Below the pieces are notes generated by a model. It ran no database searches, was not told where the DNA came from, and was given only the letters and a program-made list of their open reading frames with translations. Shown here in pieces: positions 19,551 to 29,644 of a stretch of 64,000 nt of DNA. A program made the position numbers and the translations under genes. The first letter of the stretch is position 1, and every line of letters begins with the position of its first letter. This DNA is from a virus (lineage: Duplodnaviria; Caudoviricetes): the IMG/VR virus record IMGVR_UViG_3300033074_001413, positions 1 to 64,000 of that record. One strand, 5' to 3'.

Positions 19551-19889
19551 ATGGACAGATATGAAAAGATTCTAGAAATCTCACAGAGAATGTTCCCGGA
19601 ACGGCGATTTGATAAGACGTGCATGCAGAGTCTTTTATCGCTCCTTCTTGAAGAGAGTGGTGAGCTAGCAGGGGCAGCTAGATCGTTGTTCGGTAGAAAA
19701 TATCGGCCAGATGTTGAAGCCGACATGGACCATGTAAAAGAAGAAGTTGGAGATGTGCTCGTGATTGTCTATGCAATCTGCGAGATACTTAACGTGCATC
19801 CAAACGAGTGTCTGGACATCTCCATTGATAAACTCAATGCTAGATACGACAGACACATGGCCGCTACTAACAGCGGTGGACCGGATTAG
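19551..19889 (+). CDS. MazG-like nucleotide pyrophosphohydrolase
   Basis: EESGELA...KEEVGDVL...KLNARY. Confidence 0.85.
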   Translation: MDRYEKILEISQRMFPERRFDKTCMQSLLSLLLEESGELAGAARSLFGRKYRPDVEADMDHVKEEVGDVLVIVYAICEILNVHPNECLDISIDKLNARYDRHMAATNSGGPD

Positions 19890-19962
19890 TTCCGGGATTC
19901 CTATATTCCCATTAGGATGATTTAATAGGTTGGCCATTATAGGGAGATAGGCCAAAACATAT

Positions 19963-21387
19963 ATGGATAGATTAGAACAAACAATAATTAAATCTCTGTT
20001 GTATAGTGAGTCATATACCCGCCGCGCACTCCCCTTCCTGGAAGAGCAGTACTTCGACCAACGACCAGAAAAAGCGATTTTCAAGGTCGTCAAAGAATTC
20101 ATCACTAAGTACAACGCTCAACCGACGCGGGAAGCTATTACCATTATCCTTGACGAGGTCCCAGGATTCACTGAGGATGAGTTTAAGGAAATCACCACCA
20201 TCCTGCAGAATGTCGAAAATGAAAAGGATGAGTCTCCTAACGAAGACTGGCTTATCGAGGAGACAGAACGATTCTGCAAACAGCGGGCAATCCATAATGC
20301 GATTCTGACATCGTTCGAAATCATCAATGATCAAACTGGTCGAAATCACCTACGGATAGAGTCGATACCGGAGCTACTCAAAGAGGCCCTATCTATATCG
20401 TTCAACCCTGACGTCGGACACGACTATTTTGATGACGCGGAACAACGATTCGAAGATTACCACAAGAAAGAGGAGACGCTGGCGTTCGGCCTGGAGATGC
20501 TCGACAAGGCCACCAACGGCGGTCTTCCGCGCAAAACGCTGAACGTTCTGGTCGCCGGGACCAACGTAGGTAAGTCGCTCTGCATGTGCCATTTCGCCGC
20601 CGCTCATCTCATGGTCGGAAGGAATGTGCTCTATATCACCATGGAGTTGGCGAAGGAAGTGGTGGCCAAACGTATTGACGCCAACCTCCTGGACGTCGCC
20701 GTCAATGATCTGGTTGATCTGCCCAAGAATCAATTCCATGACCGGATCAAAAAGATCAGAGAAAGAACCAAGGGGAGACTCGTAGTCCAAGAATACCCAA
20801 CGGCACAACCACACGCTGGTCATTTCCGCAATCTCCTCAACGAATTAGCGCTCAAGAAGAACTTCACTCCGGATGTCATTTACATCGATTATATCAACAT
20901 CTGCGCGTCCAGCAGGTTCAAACCAGCATCCGGCGCTAATTCATATACGCTGGTCAAGGCTATATCTGAAGAGATTCGTGGTCTAGCCGTAGAATTCAAT
21001 GTGCCGATTGTCACGGCCACGCAGCTTAACCGTGGTGGGTTTGGTAACTCAGATCCAGGCATGGATGACGTGGCTGAATCATTCGGTATTCCGATGACAG
21101 CTGACTTGATGATCATCATCACGCAGCAAGGTAAACTAGCCGAGCTAGGGCAGTATCTATTCATAGTAGAGAAGAACAGATATAGCGACAACAAGATCAA
21201 GAAATTTATTATTGGTGTTGACAAGCCGAAGATGCGGCTTTACGATACCGAGCAGACGGCCCAAGAGGACATCGCTCCTGACAAACCAAAATCCGATGAG
21301 GCGGAGAGCAAATATAAGTCGGTTTACGGTAGTAAGACCAAGCAGTTGTTTACCAAGAAAAACTTCTCTGACCTCAAGGTGGTATGA
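19963..21387 (+). CDS. 41: Replicative DnaB-like helicase (gp41)
   Basis: AGTNVGKS, YITMEL, VQEYPT, IDYINIC, TATQLNRGG, ESFGIPMTAD. Confidence 0.96.
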   Translation: MDRLEQTIIKSLLYSESYTRRALPFLEEQYFDQRPEKAIFKVVKEFITKYNAQPTREAITIILDEVPGFTEDEFKEITTILQNVENEKDESPNEDWLIEETERFCKQRAIHNAILTSFEIINDQTGRNHLRIESIPELLKEALSISFNPDVGHDYFDDAEQRFEDYHKKEETLAFGLEMLDKATNGGLPRKTLNVLVAGTNVGKSLCMCHFAAAHLMVGRNVLYITMELAKEVVAKRIDANLLDVAVNDLVDLPKNQFHDRIKKIRERTKGRLVVQEYPTAQPHAGHFRNLLNELALKKNFTPDVIYIDYINICASSRFKPASGANSYTLVKAISEEIRGLAVEFNVPIVTATQLNRGGFGNSDPGMDDVAESFGIPMTADLMIIITQQGKLAELGQYLFIVEKNRYSDNKIKKFIIGVDKPKMRLYDTEQTAQEDIAPDKPKSDEAESKYKSVYGSKTKQLFTKKNFSDLKVV

Positions 21388-22334
21388 TTACTCTTCGCAC
21401 ATTATTCGAACATGTTATCCCTCTAGCCAGAGGGAAATATAACAAGAAGCTCGAACAGGTCATGTACTCCGCGTTGATTCAATACGGAGTAAAGGAGTGT
21501 GTTCTCGGAAAGAAATTCTCCGACAACCTACCAATGATCGATCAGACCTGCAAGCAGCAATGGAGCGAAGGGAAGGCAGTCGACCCCAAATGGGTATATC
21601 CACAGCGCGAACCTTACAAGTCCAACTATACAGTTACCCCACCGGAACCTCCATTCTTCATATACCAACCAAATGGGACATCTGATTTCCCGGACTTTGT
21701 GTTGGTTCTCAAGAATGGTACCGTGATTTTGGAGATGAAGGGTCGCCAGACCTGTGATCGCATAATGTATGGAAGTAGACCCAAACTTGGGGATATATTT
21801 TATGTATATTCGGTGGCTGGCGATGTGACTATTTCTTTATCGGATGATGTAATAAATGAAGATATGCTCAAGATTCTGGATAATCTTGAGATTCAGATTA
21901 AAGGGTTGTGTGGTGACGTCAACGCCACTGCCGACGCCCAGGACTTAGGAATAGCCGTATACGCCCCGCTCAATGTGCACGGTAAAAGCGTACGGTTTGA
22001 TGTTGTCGAAACTAGACACAGGAGGGCACTAGACAATGCCGACAGATTCGAAATCCATAAGCAGCTACTTCAGTCCGCAGCTAACCAAATCCAAAAAGAA
22101 GTTTGTTCTGGAAGCGACAAGAGGGGTGTTCAAGGGGACCAAAATCAAATTCCTTGGAGCCAAGATTGGCAAGTCCAACCCGGATGGGTCAGCCCCGATG
22201 GAAGTGTCATACGACATTATCGAGAATCCATCTGGCAGGGATGTCCATGGATCGGTGTTGGAACGGAACTTTGGAAAATATCTGATCCATATTCTGGAGG
22301 AGCAGATGAAAATCGAAGGTGGGTTGAAGTCTAA
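21384..22334 (+). CDS. Putative PD-(D/E)XK endonuclease
   Basis: QPNGTSDFPDF...ILEMKG; the last ~100 codons overlap the next gene. Confidence 0.55.
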   Translation: MITLRTLFEHVIPLARGKYNKKLEQVMYSALIQYGVKECVLGKKFSDNLPMIDQTCKQQWSEGKAVDPKWVYPQREPYKSNYTVTPPEPPFFIYQPNGTSDFPDFVLVLKNGTVILEMKGRQTCDRIMYGSRPKLGDIFYVYSVAGDVTISLSDDVINEDMLKILDNLEIQIKGLCGDVNATADAQDLGIAVYAPLNVHGKSVRFDVVETRHRRALDNADRFEIHKQLLQSAANQIQKEVCSGSDKRGVQGDQNQIPWSQDWQVQPGWVSPDGSVIRHYRESIWQGCPWIGVGTELWKISDPYSGGADENRRWVEV

Positions 22335-22341
22335 GGGGTAA
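22036..22341 (+). CDS. Second gp40-like paralog
   Basis: GVFKGTKIKF...VSYDII...FGKYLIHILEEQ resembles 18942..19334. Confidence 0.55.
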   Translation: MPTDSKSISSYFSPQLTKSKKKFVLEATRGVFKGTKIKFLGAKIGKSNPDGSAPMEVSYDIIENPSGRDVHGSVLERNFGKYLIHILEEQMKIEGGLKSKG

Positions 22342-22342
22342 T

Positions 22343-22936
22343 ATGTTCTTAACTGATTACATTCGGGTATATGAAAACACCATTCCCGAATCATTGTGCA
22401 ATTCTCTTATAGCTAAGTTCGACGCCGACCCGAATAAGCAGGAGGGACGCATCGACACGGAGAATGGACCCCACAACAAAGAGGCCAGATCTTGCCTTGA
22501 AATCAATGTCACAAGAAGCCAGGAGTGGGCTGAGCTACAGGCTCCGCTAATTGAAGTAGCTAGATTTGCGGCCATTAAGTACTCTCGTGATTGTTCCGGC
22601 ATTATATTCCCAGGTTCCTATGGGTGCGAAGAATTTCGGCTAAAGAAATACGATCCAGAGAGGAAAGACCACTTCGCCATGCACACCGACGTCGGCACGT
22701 ATGCATCGGCACGGCGCTTCCTGGTGATGATGTGGTATCTCAATGACGTGGCGGAAGGCGGCGAGACTTTCTTTCCACACATGAATCTTTATATTAAACC
22801 GCAGAGGGGACGATTGCTCATGTTCCCACCGTTTTGGATGTACCCACACGAAGCTAAAGTTCCAATTAGCAATGCTAAGTACGTAATAGGCACATACTTA
22901 CACCTGTCTAATAGCAACACTTCAAGTGTTGACTAA
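22343..22936 (+). CDS. 2OG-Fe(II) oxygenase
   Basis: HTD, WYLNDVAEGGET, FPPFWMYPH, KY. Confidence 0.9.
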   Translation: MFLTDYIRVYENTIPESLCNSLIAKFDADPNKQEGRIDTENGPHNKEARSCLEINVTRSQEWAELQAPLIEVARFAAIKYSRDCSGIIFPGSYGCEEFRLKKYDPERKDHFAMHTDVGTYASARRFLVMMWYLNDVAEGGETFFPHMNLYIKPQRGRLLMFPPFWMYPHEAKVPISNAKYVIGTYLHLSNSNTSSVD

Positions 22937-22964
22937 CTTTGTCTTCATAAGGTCCAATATAAAT

Positions 22965-23423
22965 ATGCGATTAATAAAGATACTGTTCACGTTATGCCTG
23001 TCCATATCTGCCTTTGGCGCGGATAGGTTTTCTGTCTCCGGTAGTGTAGGCGGTGCATTCAAGCGCGATCCATTCATCGCCAAACCATCTTTAGGAGCAA
23101 ACTTTGGATACAACGTAACAGGTAAAGATCAGGTCTTTGTTCGTTACGGTTACACGTTTGATCACGATGCAACTAAGTGGCATCTCGGAACGAAACACAA
23201 CCTTTGTAAGAGGGATCGATTCACATTCGCCGTCGCTGGTTCTGCTGGTGTTGATATCAAGAACGAAACCGGGGTGGTAAAGCCGTCCTTTACAGTCGGT
23301 CCAGTTGTTTCATACAGCCTTCCGCATCACATGTCCGTTTCGTTCTCACCGACATTCAATAAGGTGATTAACGGTCGTCCGTGTTATGCGAGTGTGGGAA
23401 TGTCGATAGGTAAGTCGTTCTAG
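22965..23423 (+). CDS. Secreted outer-membrane beta-barrel-like protein
   Basis: Signal peptide (MRLIKILF...AFG), alternating amphipathic strands, C-terminal Phe. Confidence 0.6.
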   Translation: MRLIKILFTLCLSISAFGADRFSVSGSVGGAFKRDPFIAKPSLGANFGYNVTGKDQVFVRYGYTFDHDATKWHLGTKHNLCKRDRFTFAVAGSAGVDIKNETGVVKPSFTVGPVVSYSLPHHMSVSFSPTFNKVINGRPCYASVGMSIGKSF

Positions 23424-23644
23424 ACTGGCGGGTGTTTGATGGTGCCATTCTCGGCGTGAAACACCAAGAAGTCGTCTACATCGCAAATGCGCACTTCACG
23501 CCCTTCACGGACTGCCGTGGCAACATCGCCTTTCATAATGTCCTCGAGGTGCATGAAGCCGTCAACCTTGACGGGCTTTCCATAACGCCCATTGGCGTCA
23601 TATATGTAGACAAAAACCGGAAAGTCTTGTCTGGATTGTTCCAT
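23420..23644 (-). CDS. Hypothetical protein
   Basis: TATGGTTTAAT box just upstream of the ATG. Confidence 0.55.
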   Translation of the reverse strand: MEQSRQDFPVFVYIYDANGRYGKPVKVDGFMHLEDIMKGDVATAVREGREVRICDVDDFLVFHAENGTIKHPPV

Positions 23645-23699
23645 ATCTCACATTAAACCATAACTTTTGGTGTGTGGGAAGATATTGCTAAATACAGGT

Positions 23700-23897
23700 A
23701 TGAAGCTACACGAAGATATCACACAAATGCTCACCGGGTCCGATGAGTTGTGGAAACTCATGTTTAAGGAAAAGCATGAGGCGTCATGGGAACCGCTAAT
23801 CAACTTCTCTATCGATGAACAATTTAAGAGTCAAGTCCTGGACTTGATGCAGGAAGTATGTGGTCCTGACTACGAACTGAAGTGGGAAGTAGACTAG
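23700..23897 (+). CDS. Small late protein
   Basis: CTAAATA-N5-ATG (TAAATA at 23689-23694); MKLHED. Confidence 0.55.
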   Translation: MKLHEDITQMLTGSDELWKLMFKEKHEASWEPLINFSIDEQFKSQVLDLMQEVCGPDYELKWEVD

Positions 23898-24229
23898 GCC
23901 GCAGCGTACGGTGTTCTTGAAGCGAATATCCCGTCTTTGTTAGTAATGAAGTAGTGATATCCGCTGATCGCAACCGGGAACACCATATCTGTCGGGCTGG
24001 TCGACCCGTGGTGTGATTCGAAGTCGGCGGAACGGAACGCCTGAATTATCGGCTTTCCGTTGGAAACATGAGCTACTAAGTGATATTTCCCGCCGCGCTT
24101 TCCTGTGACAATGGCTATGACGTCGTTGCCCTGTTTATCCTTGATCGCCTTCTTTGGTACGTCCACGGTCAACCCAAGAGTGGACAGGGGAACCAGAGCC
24201 TCCGCAATAAATCCCTTGAATGTCTGCAT
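23894..24229 (-). CDS. Putative internal head protein
   Basis: MQTFKGFIAEA, close to the T4 IPIII tag; TAAATA-N6-ATG. Confidence 0.7.
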   Translation of the reverse strand: MQTFKGFIAEALVPLSTLGLTVDVPKKAIKDKQGNDVIAIVTGKRGGKYHLVAHVSNGKPIIQAFRSADFESHHGSTSPTDMVFPVAISGYHYFITNKDGIFASRTPYAAA

Positions 24230-24263
24230 ACCGATTATTTAACCACAGACATCGCCGAACAAG

Positions 24264-24707
24264 CTAGACCTTATTGAGGAGGTCCATGATCGGGCTTGGA
24301 ACCTTGGTCGGGTCCAGTACGATGATGCGGCTTGGGAACATCAACGTCCCTTTCTTGCCAGTCAACTCCGGTTCGCGGTGATCCCAGTCGTCATCGACGC
24401 CTTGTACGGTGATTCGGATGCCGGGTCGACCATCGTACTTGTCGTACTTGATCTCGAGGTTCATGACCTTGCCGATGCGAATCCCGGCGCAACGCCCCAG
24501 AGCGTGACCATACGCGATGATTGATCCGATGTGGATCTCCTGCCCGAGCTTGTCGAGCATTTTGCCTTCAAAGAAAGCAGCCACATCCGGATGCTTCTTG
24601 GCGGCGACATCGGCGTTGGCACACTTGTGAGTGTTGCTGTTGCACTTGTACGTGCAACTGATGTAGTATCGGTCCCTACGCAGTGGTTCCAAGGTCTCCT
24701 CCCACAA
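24264..24707 (-). CDS. Hypothetical protein
   Basis: Part of an overlapping minus-strand operon (26891-24264). Confidence 0.65.
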   Translation of the reverse strand: MWEETLEPLRRDRYYISCTYKCNSNTHKCANADVAAKKHPDVAAFFEGKMLDKLGQEIHIGSIIAYGHALGRCAGIRIGKVMNLEIKYDKYDGRPGIRITVQGVDDDWDHREPELTGKKGTLMFPSRIIVLDPTKVPSPIMDLLNKV

Positions 24708-25179
24708 CAGAACTTACTTCTTCCGGGGTAGCGAACCGCAAGATTTCGCCGCGATCCCACCGGGCTTCTTCACCATCGTACGGCGTGGTGCCAGTGACTG
24801 CAGTTCCACGCAGAGCGGGGTTACACCCAAACCCGCCTTCAGCACGGAGTAACCGATATCTGAGATCGCGGTATTTCTTTCCCACACAGTCAGCACGAAT
24901 GACGACGTATCTGTTGGTGAGGTCCTTGCCGACTATGGACAGCTCAGGCGGAACGGTTTCGATCACACCTTTGGACTTGATCTCCCCCTTGCTGTACCGC
25001 TCCAGGAAGATTTTCTGCGCGTCGGGAATTGGGGTAAAGACCTTCCGGCCACGCTCCTCGCGGACGGTGGCCAGCCCCTGCCGAACATGGGTCTGCATGT
25101 GGGAGATATTCCCAAGGCCGCTCGTGGTGATCTCCACGGTGCAGATACGGCAACTGGTACGCGAGTAGACTCTACTCAT
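24676..25179 (-). CDS. Hypothetical protein with a C2H2-like N-terminus
   Basis: CRIC...HMQTH; AEGGFGCNP; GGAG RBS. Confidence 0.65.
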   Translation of the reverse strand: MSRVYSRTSCRICTVEITTSGLGNISHMQTHVRQGLATVREERGRKVFTPIPDAQKIFLERYSKGEIKSKGVIETVPPELSIVGKDLTNRYVVIRADCVGKKYRDLRYRLLRAEGGFGCNPALRGTAVTGTTPYDGEEARWDRGEILRFATPEEVSSVVGGDLGTTA

Positions 25180-26137
25180 GATTCTCCTTGTTTAGTTCAC
25201 GATGCCGATTGTTGTAATCCACACAAACATCCAGGCAGTTATGACTGCAGATGGGATCCTCGTGGGTGTTGTGGTTTTGATACCACTCTAGGCGCTGCTG
25301 GCGCACGGTCTCATCAACAACACCAATGGCTTGACCACCCTCTCGCAAGTAGATGATACACGGATAGTGCTTCTTACCGCAAACCGCCATGTCGTCAAGA
25401 ACAAGCGGGCACTTGTTATTGTCGGTGTCAGATAATCCACGCACCATTCTTCCTGAATGGAAGTTGTCGATTCTGTACTTGAGAATCGGGTGTCTGTCCA
25501 GGAGATGCTGGCTGATGTTAATAGAGCACAGCACCTTCCCGTCTTGTGCAGCCGGGATAACACGGATATCACGCACACCGAGGGTGTCAGCAAAAGCCAC
25601 GGTGTTGCTGATGCTGCGAATGTTGTTCGTTGTAGCCACGATGCCGACTGTCAGGTAGACGCGTTGAGACAGCAACTCAATGTTGGCAATCACCTTTTCC
25701 CAGGCACCAACAACACCACCGCTCATCTGGAACCCGTCCTCCGCACAACAAGCATCCAAGGAGATGGAGAAGTCGTTGACTCCAGCATCAATAAGCTCAA
25801 GGTATTTCCGTATCGGTAGTGACCCGTTTGAGGAAACGGCGATCCTCTTGATTCCGAGATCTTTCGATAGCTGCACCAACTCCGGAAGGCGTCGGTAGAG
25901 CAACGGTTCCCCACCACTGAACCTAACAGCGAATAAACGATGTGAAGCCCAGATTCGCAAAATGCGAGCAGCCTCTTCGTATTCGATATCATCGCTGCCA
26001 GCGCTGCGGCAGTACGGACACCGGAAGTTGCAGCGGTTGGTCAAGAGCATCTCACAACGAGAAAGAGGAGTGACCGCGCTGGCTCTCGCCGCACGGTCAT
26101 CGGATAGGGTATAGAATCCAATCTGCTCCAACTTCAC
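25172..26137 (-). CDS. Radical SAM protein, MoaA-like with a SPASM/twitch-type Cys-rich tail
   Basis: CNFRCPYC, RFSGGEPLL, SSNGS, SISLD; C-terminal C...YPC...CSHNCLDVC; start reassigned to GTG 26137. Confidence 0.88.
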   Translation of the reverse strand: MKLEQIGFYTLSDDRAARASAVTPLSRCEMLLTNRCNFRCPYCRSAGSDDIEYEEAARILRIWASHRLFAVRFSGGEPLLYRRLPELVQLSKDLGIKRIAVSSNGSLPIRKYLELIDAGVNDFSISLDACCAEDGFQMSGGVVGAWEKVIANIELLSQRVYLTVGIVATTNNIRSISNTVAFADTLGVRDIRVIPAAQDGKVLCSINISQHLLDRHPILKYRIDNFHSGRMVRGLSDTDNNKCPLVLDDMAVCGKKHYPCIIYLREGGQAIGVVDETVRQQRLEWYQNHNTHEDPICSHNCLDVCVDYNNRHRELNKENHE

Positions 26138-26141
26138 GTCG

Positions 26142-26891
26142 TTACTTCTTTCTGTTGCTTTCAAACAACCGGGCAAGACTCCTATAGAACTCGTCGGCCT
26201 TCTCCTGTTCACGAAGCCATTCGTCGGCATCGGCCTTCGACATCTCCACACGCACCATCTCATCGTAACGGTCTTCATCATTGCCGTCCGGAGTGGAGAT
26301 GGTATAGGTGTCGGGACCGTCGAGACTAATGGTGCACCCAACTGTCATGGTCACCAGATTGAGGGGTTCACCGACAGCCGCCTGATATTCTTCGCCGACC
26401 AACTGTGTCACCGGGAACAGGTCGTAGCCCATCAGCTCCAGGGCAACCAATTTCTGTTTCGGACTGCGAATAGCCACCATCTCCGGTTCATCACGCCGAT
26501 GCTCGTCGTCATGGAAGTGGCCATGGATATTGACATCGAACGAGCCATCGTCAGCCACCGGAATGTGGGTGAACAGGATGCGCAGCCCATGATAATTGAC
26601 GCGGTACTCCTTGTGTACTTCGTTCCATCCGTGCGACAGATACCACGCGTCGGACTGGCCGTCGTGATTCCCACGCACGAGGATTTTGCGCCCCGGCATA
26701 TGCGCGATGAACATCTCGTGTGCCTGGGACTGCTTGGCGAAACACACATCTCCAAGGTGGATGACCGTGTCGTGTTCGGTGACCTTGGTCGTCCAGTTTT
26801 GAGTGATGGTGTGCTCAAATCCCTCAGGACGCTTTCCACGGCGAACGAGGTTGTAATGGTTGTAATGCGTATCAGCCGTGATATATAGCAT
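26142..26891 (-). CDS. Calcineurin-like metallophosphoesterase
   Basis: DTH, HLGD, GNHD, THIP, HGHFH. Confidence 0.9.
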   Translation of the reverse strand: MLYITADTHYNHYNLVRRGKRPEGFEHTITQNWTTKVTEHDTVIHLGDVCFAKQSQAHEMFIAHMPGRKILVRGNHDGQSDAWYLSHGWNEVHKEYRVNYHGLRILFTHIPVADDGSFDVNIHGHFHDDEHRRDEPEMVAIRSPKQKLVALELMGYDLFPVTQLVGEEYQAAVGEPLNLVTMTVGCTISLDGPDTYTISTPDGNDEDRYDEMVRVEMSKADADEWLREQEKADEFYRSLARLFESNRKK

Positions 26892-27463
26892 ATTATCCTA
26901 AATTAAACCACACGTTTCGGTAAACCGTCAAGTGGGGTTAGTTGATGGTTCTTGGGGGTTTGATGGCATTTTCAGCGCCGTGTGCCAGGAAGTACTCAAA
27001 CAGGTTACGGCGGGCGTCCGCTTCTGTGCTGGACGTTATGAACACGAAACCTTGGTCAGAAAAGATGTCCAGCGCGGACATCCTAAGCGCCGGGTCCTGC
27101 ATGATTTTGTTTAGAATGGCATTTCCACAAGGAAATTCCGCAATGGGGGTTCGATTGCGGTCACAAGGTTTGTCGAGCAACTCCTGCAACGTCATAACTT
27201 CATTAAAGCATATTAGACGTTGTTCAGTCAATTCATAGGTTGACCGCTGCGCTTGAGATGTGGTATTCTTGTGTTAGCCGGAAGCAATAGACCTTCGGGG
27301 TGAGTTGACGGTTGTCGGCGAGTATGGACGAAAGTCCCCTCATCGACCTTGATAGATTAAACTTATTGAGTGTAAATGTATTCAGGAGGGCGGCGGCATG
27401 CCGCCTTTCCTGTTTCAAGTTGGGCTGGTTGACAGTCGCGCCAAGTCAATGTAATATTGAACT

Positions 27464-28842
27464 ATGATTGAGTTTGTAACTGAGTCAAATTCAACGTATC
27501 AGGTCAACATGGACGACATGTTGGTACGGCGCGTTAATGGTCAGCGCCCACCAACGGAACGACAAGGCAAGGACGGTCAATGGAAGAAGTTTCATAGTAT
27601 TACCAAAATCGCCGTCGGTATTCCGGTTGTCATCACATGGGAGATAGTAAACGGAACACACAGAGCAACGGCAACATCTGACGTAACAATCGTGCGGTGA
27701 GGTCATGGACGCTAAGAAGGTTTCACTTGCTAAGGCTCGCAGTGAAGCAAGGGAAAAGAAAGACCACTTTACTTTCCTGCATTGCTGGCTGCTATCGGAC
27801 AGATTCTCTCAACTAATCGAGTTGACCAAAATGTATCATGGTAATAGTCAACTCCAACAACCACTGCAGTTCATCCGACCTACCCCAGGTCCAGTTTTGC
27901 CCGCGTTCGAGTGTGATTTGCTTCAAGCAGTTAGATTCGAGAAGGAATACCTAGCGAAAATGCGGAAGAAAGAAGAAGATCATGACCCTAGCGGAACTTC
28001 GTGACTATCTGAACGGGTTTGAGTCCAAATACGACAACATCGAAGTTGTTGTGTCTGGTTCCGACCATTCCTACTGCCGTGCACGTGCTCAGGTCACCGA
28101 CGCAGAGTACAATAAAGGCCACCTGTCTGAGTTCTTCACCAAAGACGATATGGCTCGTGGCTCGAAAAAAGTCAGCGTGTTGGTGGTCGAGTAGATGCCA
28201 AAAACAAGTCGGGATAAACTCAACTACCTAGATTACGGCTACTCCAGGTTCAAGTTTATCGGATACGATAAAGCCCAATCCCAAGGTTGGGAGATACTGC
28301 CGTTCTCTATCAAAACATATGACTCCGAGCGGGCCTACGACGAGTGGGTACAGTTTCGGAAAAGGGGTGCTGTCGTCATCGACTGTGTTCTGAACCGCAA
28401 CGGAAGGAAATGGTATTTCGGAATTCCACCATCAGACTGGGATGGAGACATTCGACAGGTGGCCCAGGACGCCGGGATGATCTCTCCATTAGGGATTGAG
28501 CCAGATACGTTCAGATGGGTGAGTAGTAACAGTCTAGCCATGGCCGCTTGACTGTTTCATTTACTTCATGGTACGATGCCAATTATGGATGAGCGTGGCC
28601 GTGAGATAACGCACCAGGAAATCAAGGAAGAAACGGTGTACGTCCTTGGTAAGGATAAGACACCGCCCCTGATGACGATGTGGGCAAAGAAGATTGAACC
28701 GGGCAAGATCATCTTCTGGGCTGGTGAACTGCAAATGAACCTTATTCTGCAGTGCAACGACGACGGAACTCTCTCTGACAAAACCGGAGCACAAATCCAC
28801 ATCTGGGAATGGAACAGGCCAGCGGAGTATAAGGAGTCATGA
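27464..28842 (+). other. Run of small hypothetical genes (27464-27700, 27705-28004, 27982-28194, 28195-28551, ~28585-28842)
   Basis: Tightly packed plus-strand ORFs downstream of TTGACA and TTGACT promoters. Confidence 0.65.
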
Positions 28843-28986
28843 AGCATCAGGTGTCATCAACGCCACGTTGGTTGAGAACACTCTGGTGGTGGATTCGTGG
28901 CGTTGATGACGTGCACTTCCGTTCGATCTGTGGAAGATGCCAGCTGACCGGGTCATCTCACTGGTCATTAAACGGGTGCATCAGGT

Positions 28987-29595
28987 TTAAAGCCCCTGAA
29001 TAGCCTTGGCGATAAGCTGCAAGTCCTTCACATCACAAGCTCCATCACCATTGACATCGGCTAACCCACAGGCGGCTTGACCAGTTACCTGCGGAATTGC
29101 CAAGGTAAGGTCGGCTGCGTTGGTCACACCGTCACCGTTGATGTCATATTTCGAGAGAATTGTCAGTACGAAATTAGGGCCAGCACTAATTGGGATGGCT
29201 GACCCATTTGGATCAGTAGCCACTACACCAGATATGACGAATGTGACTGGACCAGCAGCTGCACCTGTAGGAACTATCACCGAGTATTTGGCTATTTCAC
29301 CAGTCGGAATTAAGGTCTGGTTTATCCCAATAACAAGGCAGATGTTGTTGGCCGGGTTGCAATACAACGTTTTGTTAGCGGTCTGAGCATTACTCCCAAT
29401 TGTCGGCGTATAAACATATCCAGATGGGGGAGTAACAATCCACTGAACACCAGATGCGGTGGACACTGAATACGTCAGTGAAAGTGGTACGGTAGCGCCT
29501 GGGCGAGCAGAAGCCTGTCCAGACAGGTTGACGGTTGCCGTTTGCGCGTAAAGTGAACAAGCGGCGATTAGCGTAGCGACTAGTGTTTTGATCAT
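28987..29595 (-). CDS. Secreted cohesin-like plus dockerin domain protein
   Basis: Signal peptide ending LYA; beta-sandwich region; duplicated Ca-binding loops DINGDGVTNAADL and DVNGDGACDVKDL. Confidence 0.8.
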   Translation of the reverse strand: MIKTLVATLIAACSLYAQTATVNLSGQASARPGATVPLSLTYSVSTASGVQWIVTPPSGYVYTPTIGSNAQTANKTLYCNPANNICLVIGINQTLIPTGEIAKYSVIVPTGAAAGPVTFVISGVVATDPNGSAIPISAGPNFVLTILSKYDINGDGVTNAADLTLAIPQVTGQAACGLADVNGDGACDVKDLQLIAKAIQGL

Positions 29596-29644
29596 GACGT
29601 GATTATACCATACTTGACAAGTCGGATCGATCTATGATTAAATA

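Noticed and set aside
25172-26137. Viperin, or true MoaA of molybdopterin synthesis
   Set aside because: The motifs are generic radical SAM/SPASM; I see no viperin-specific pattern, no C-terminal GG and no moa genes.
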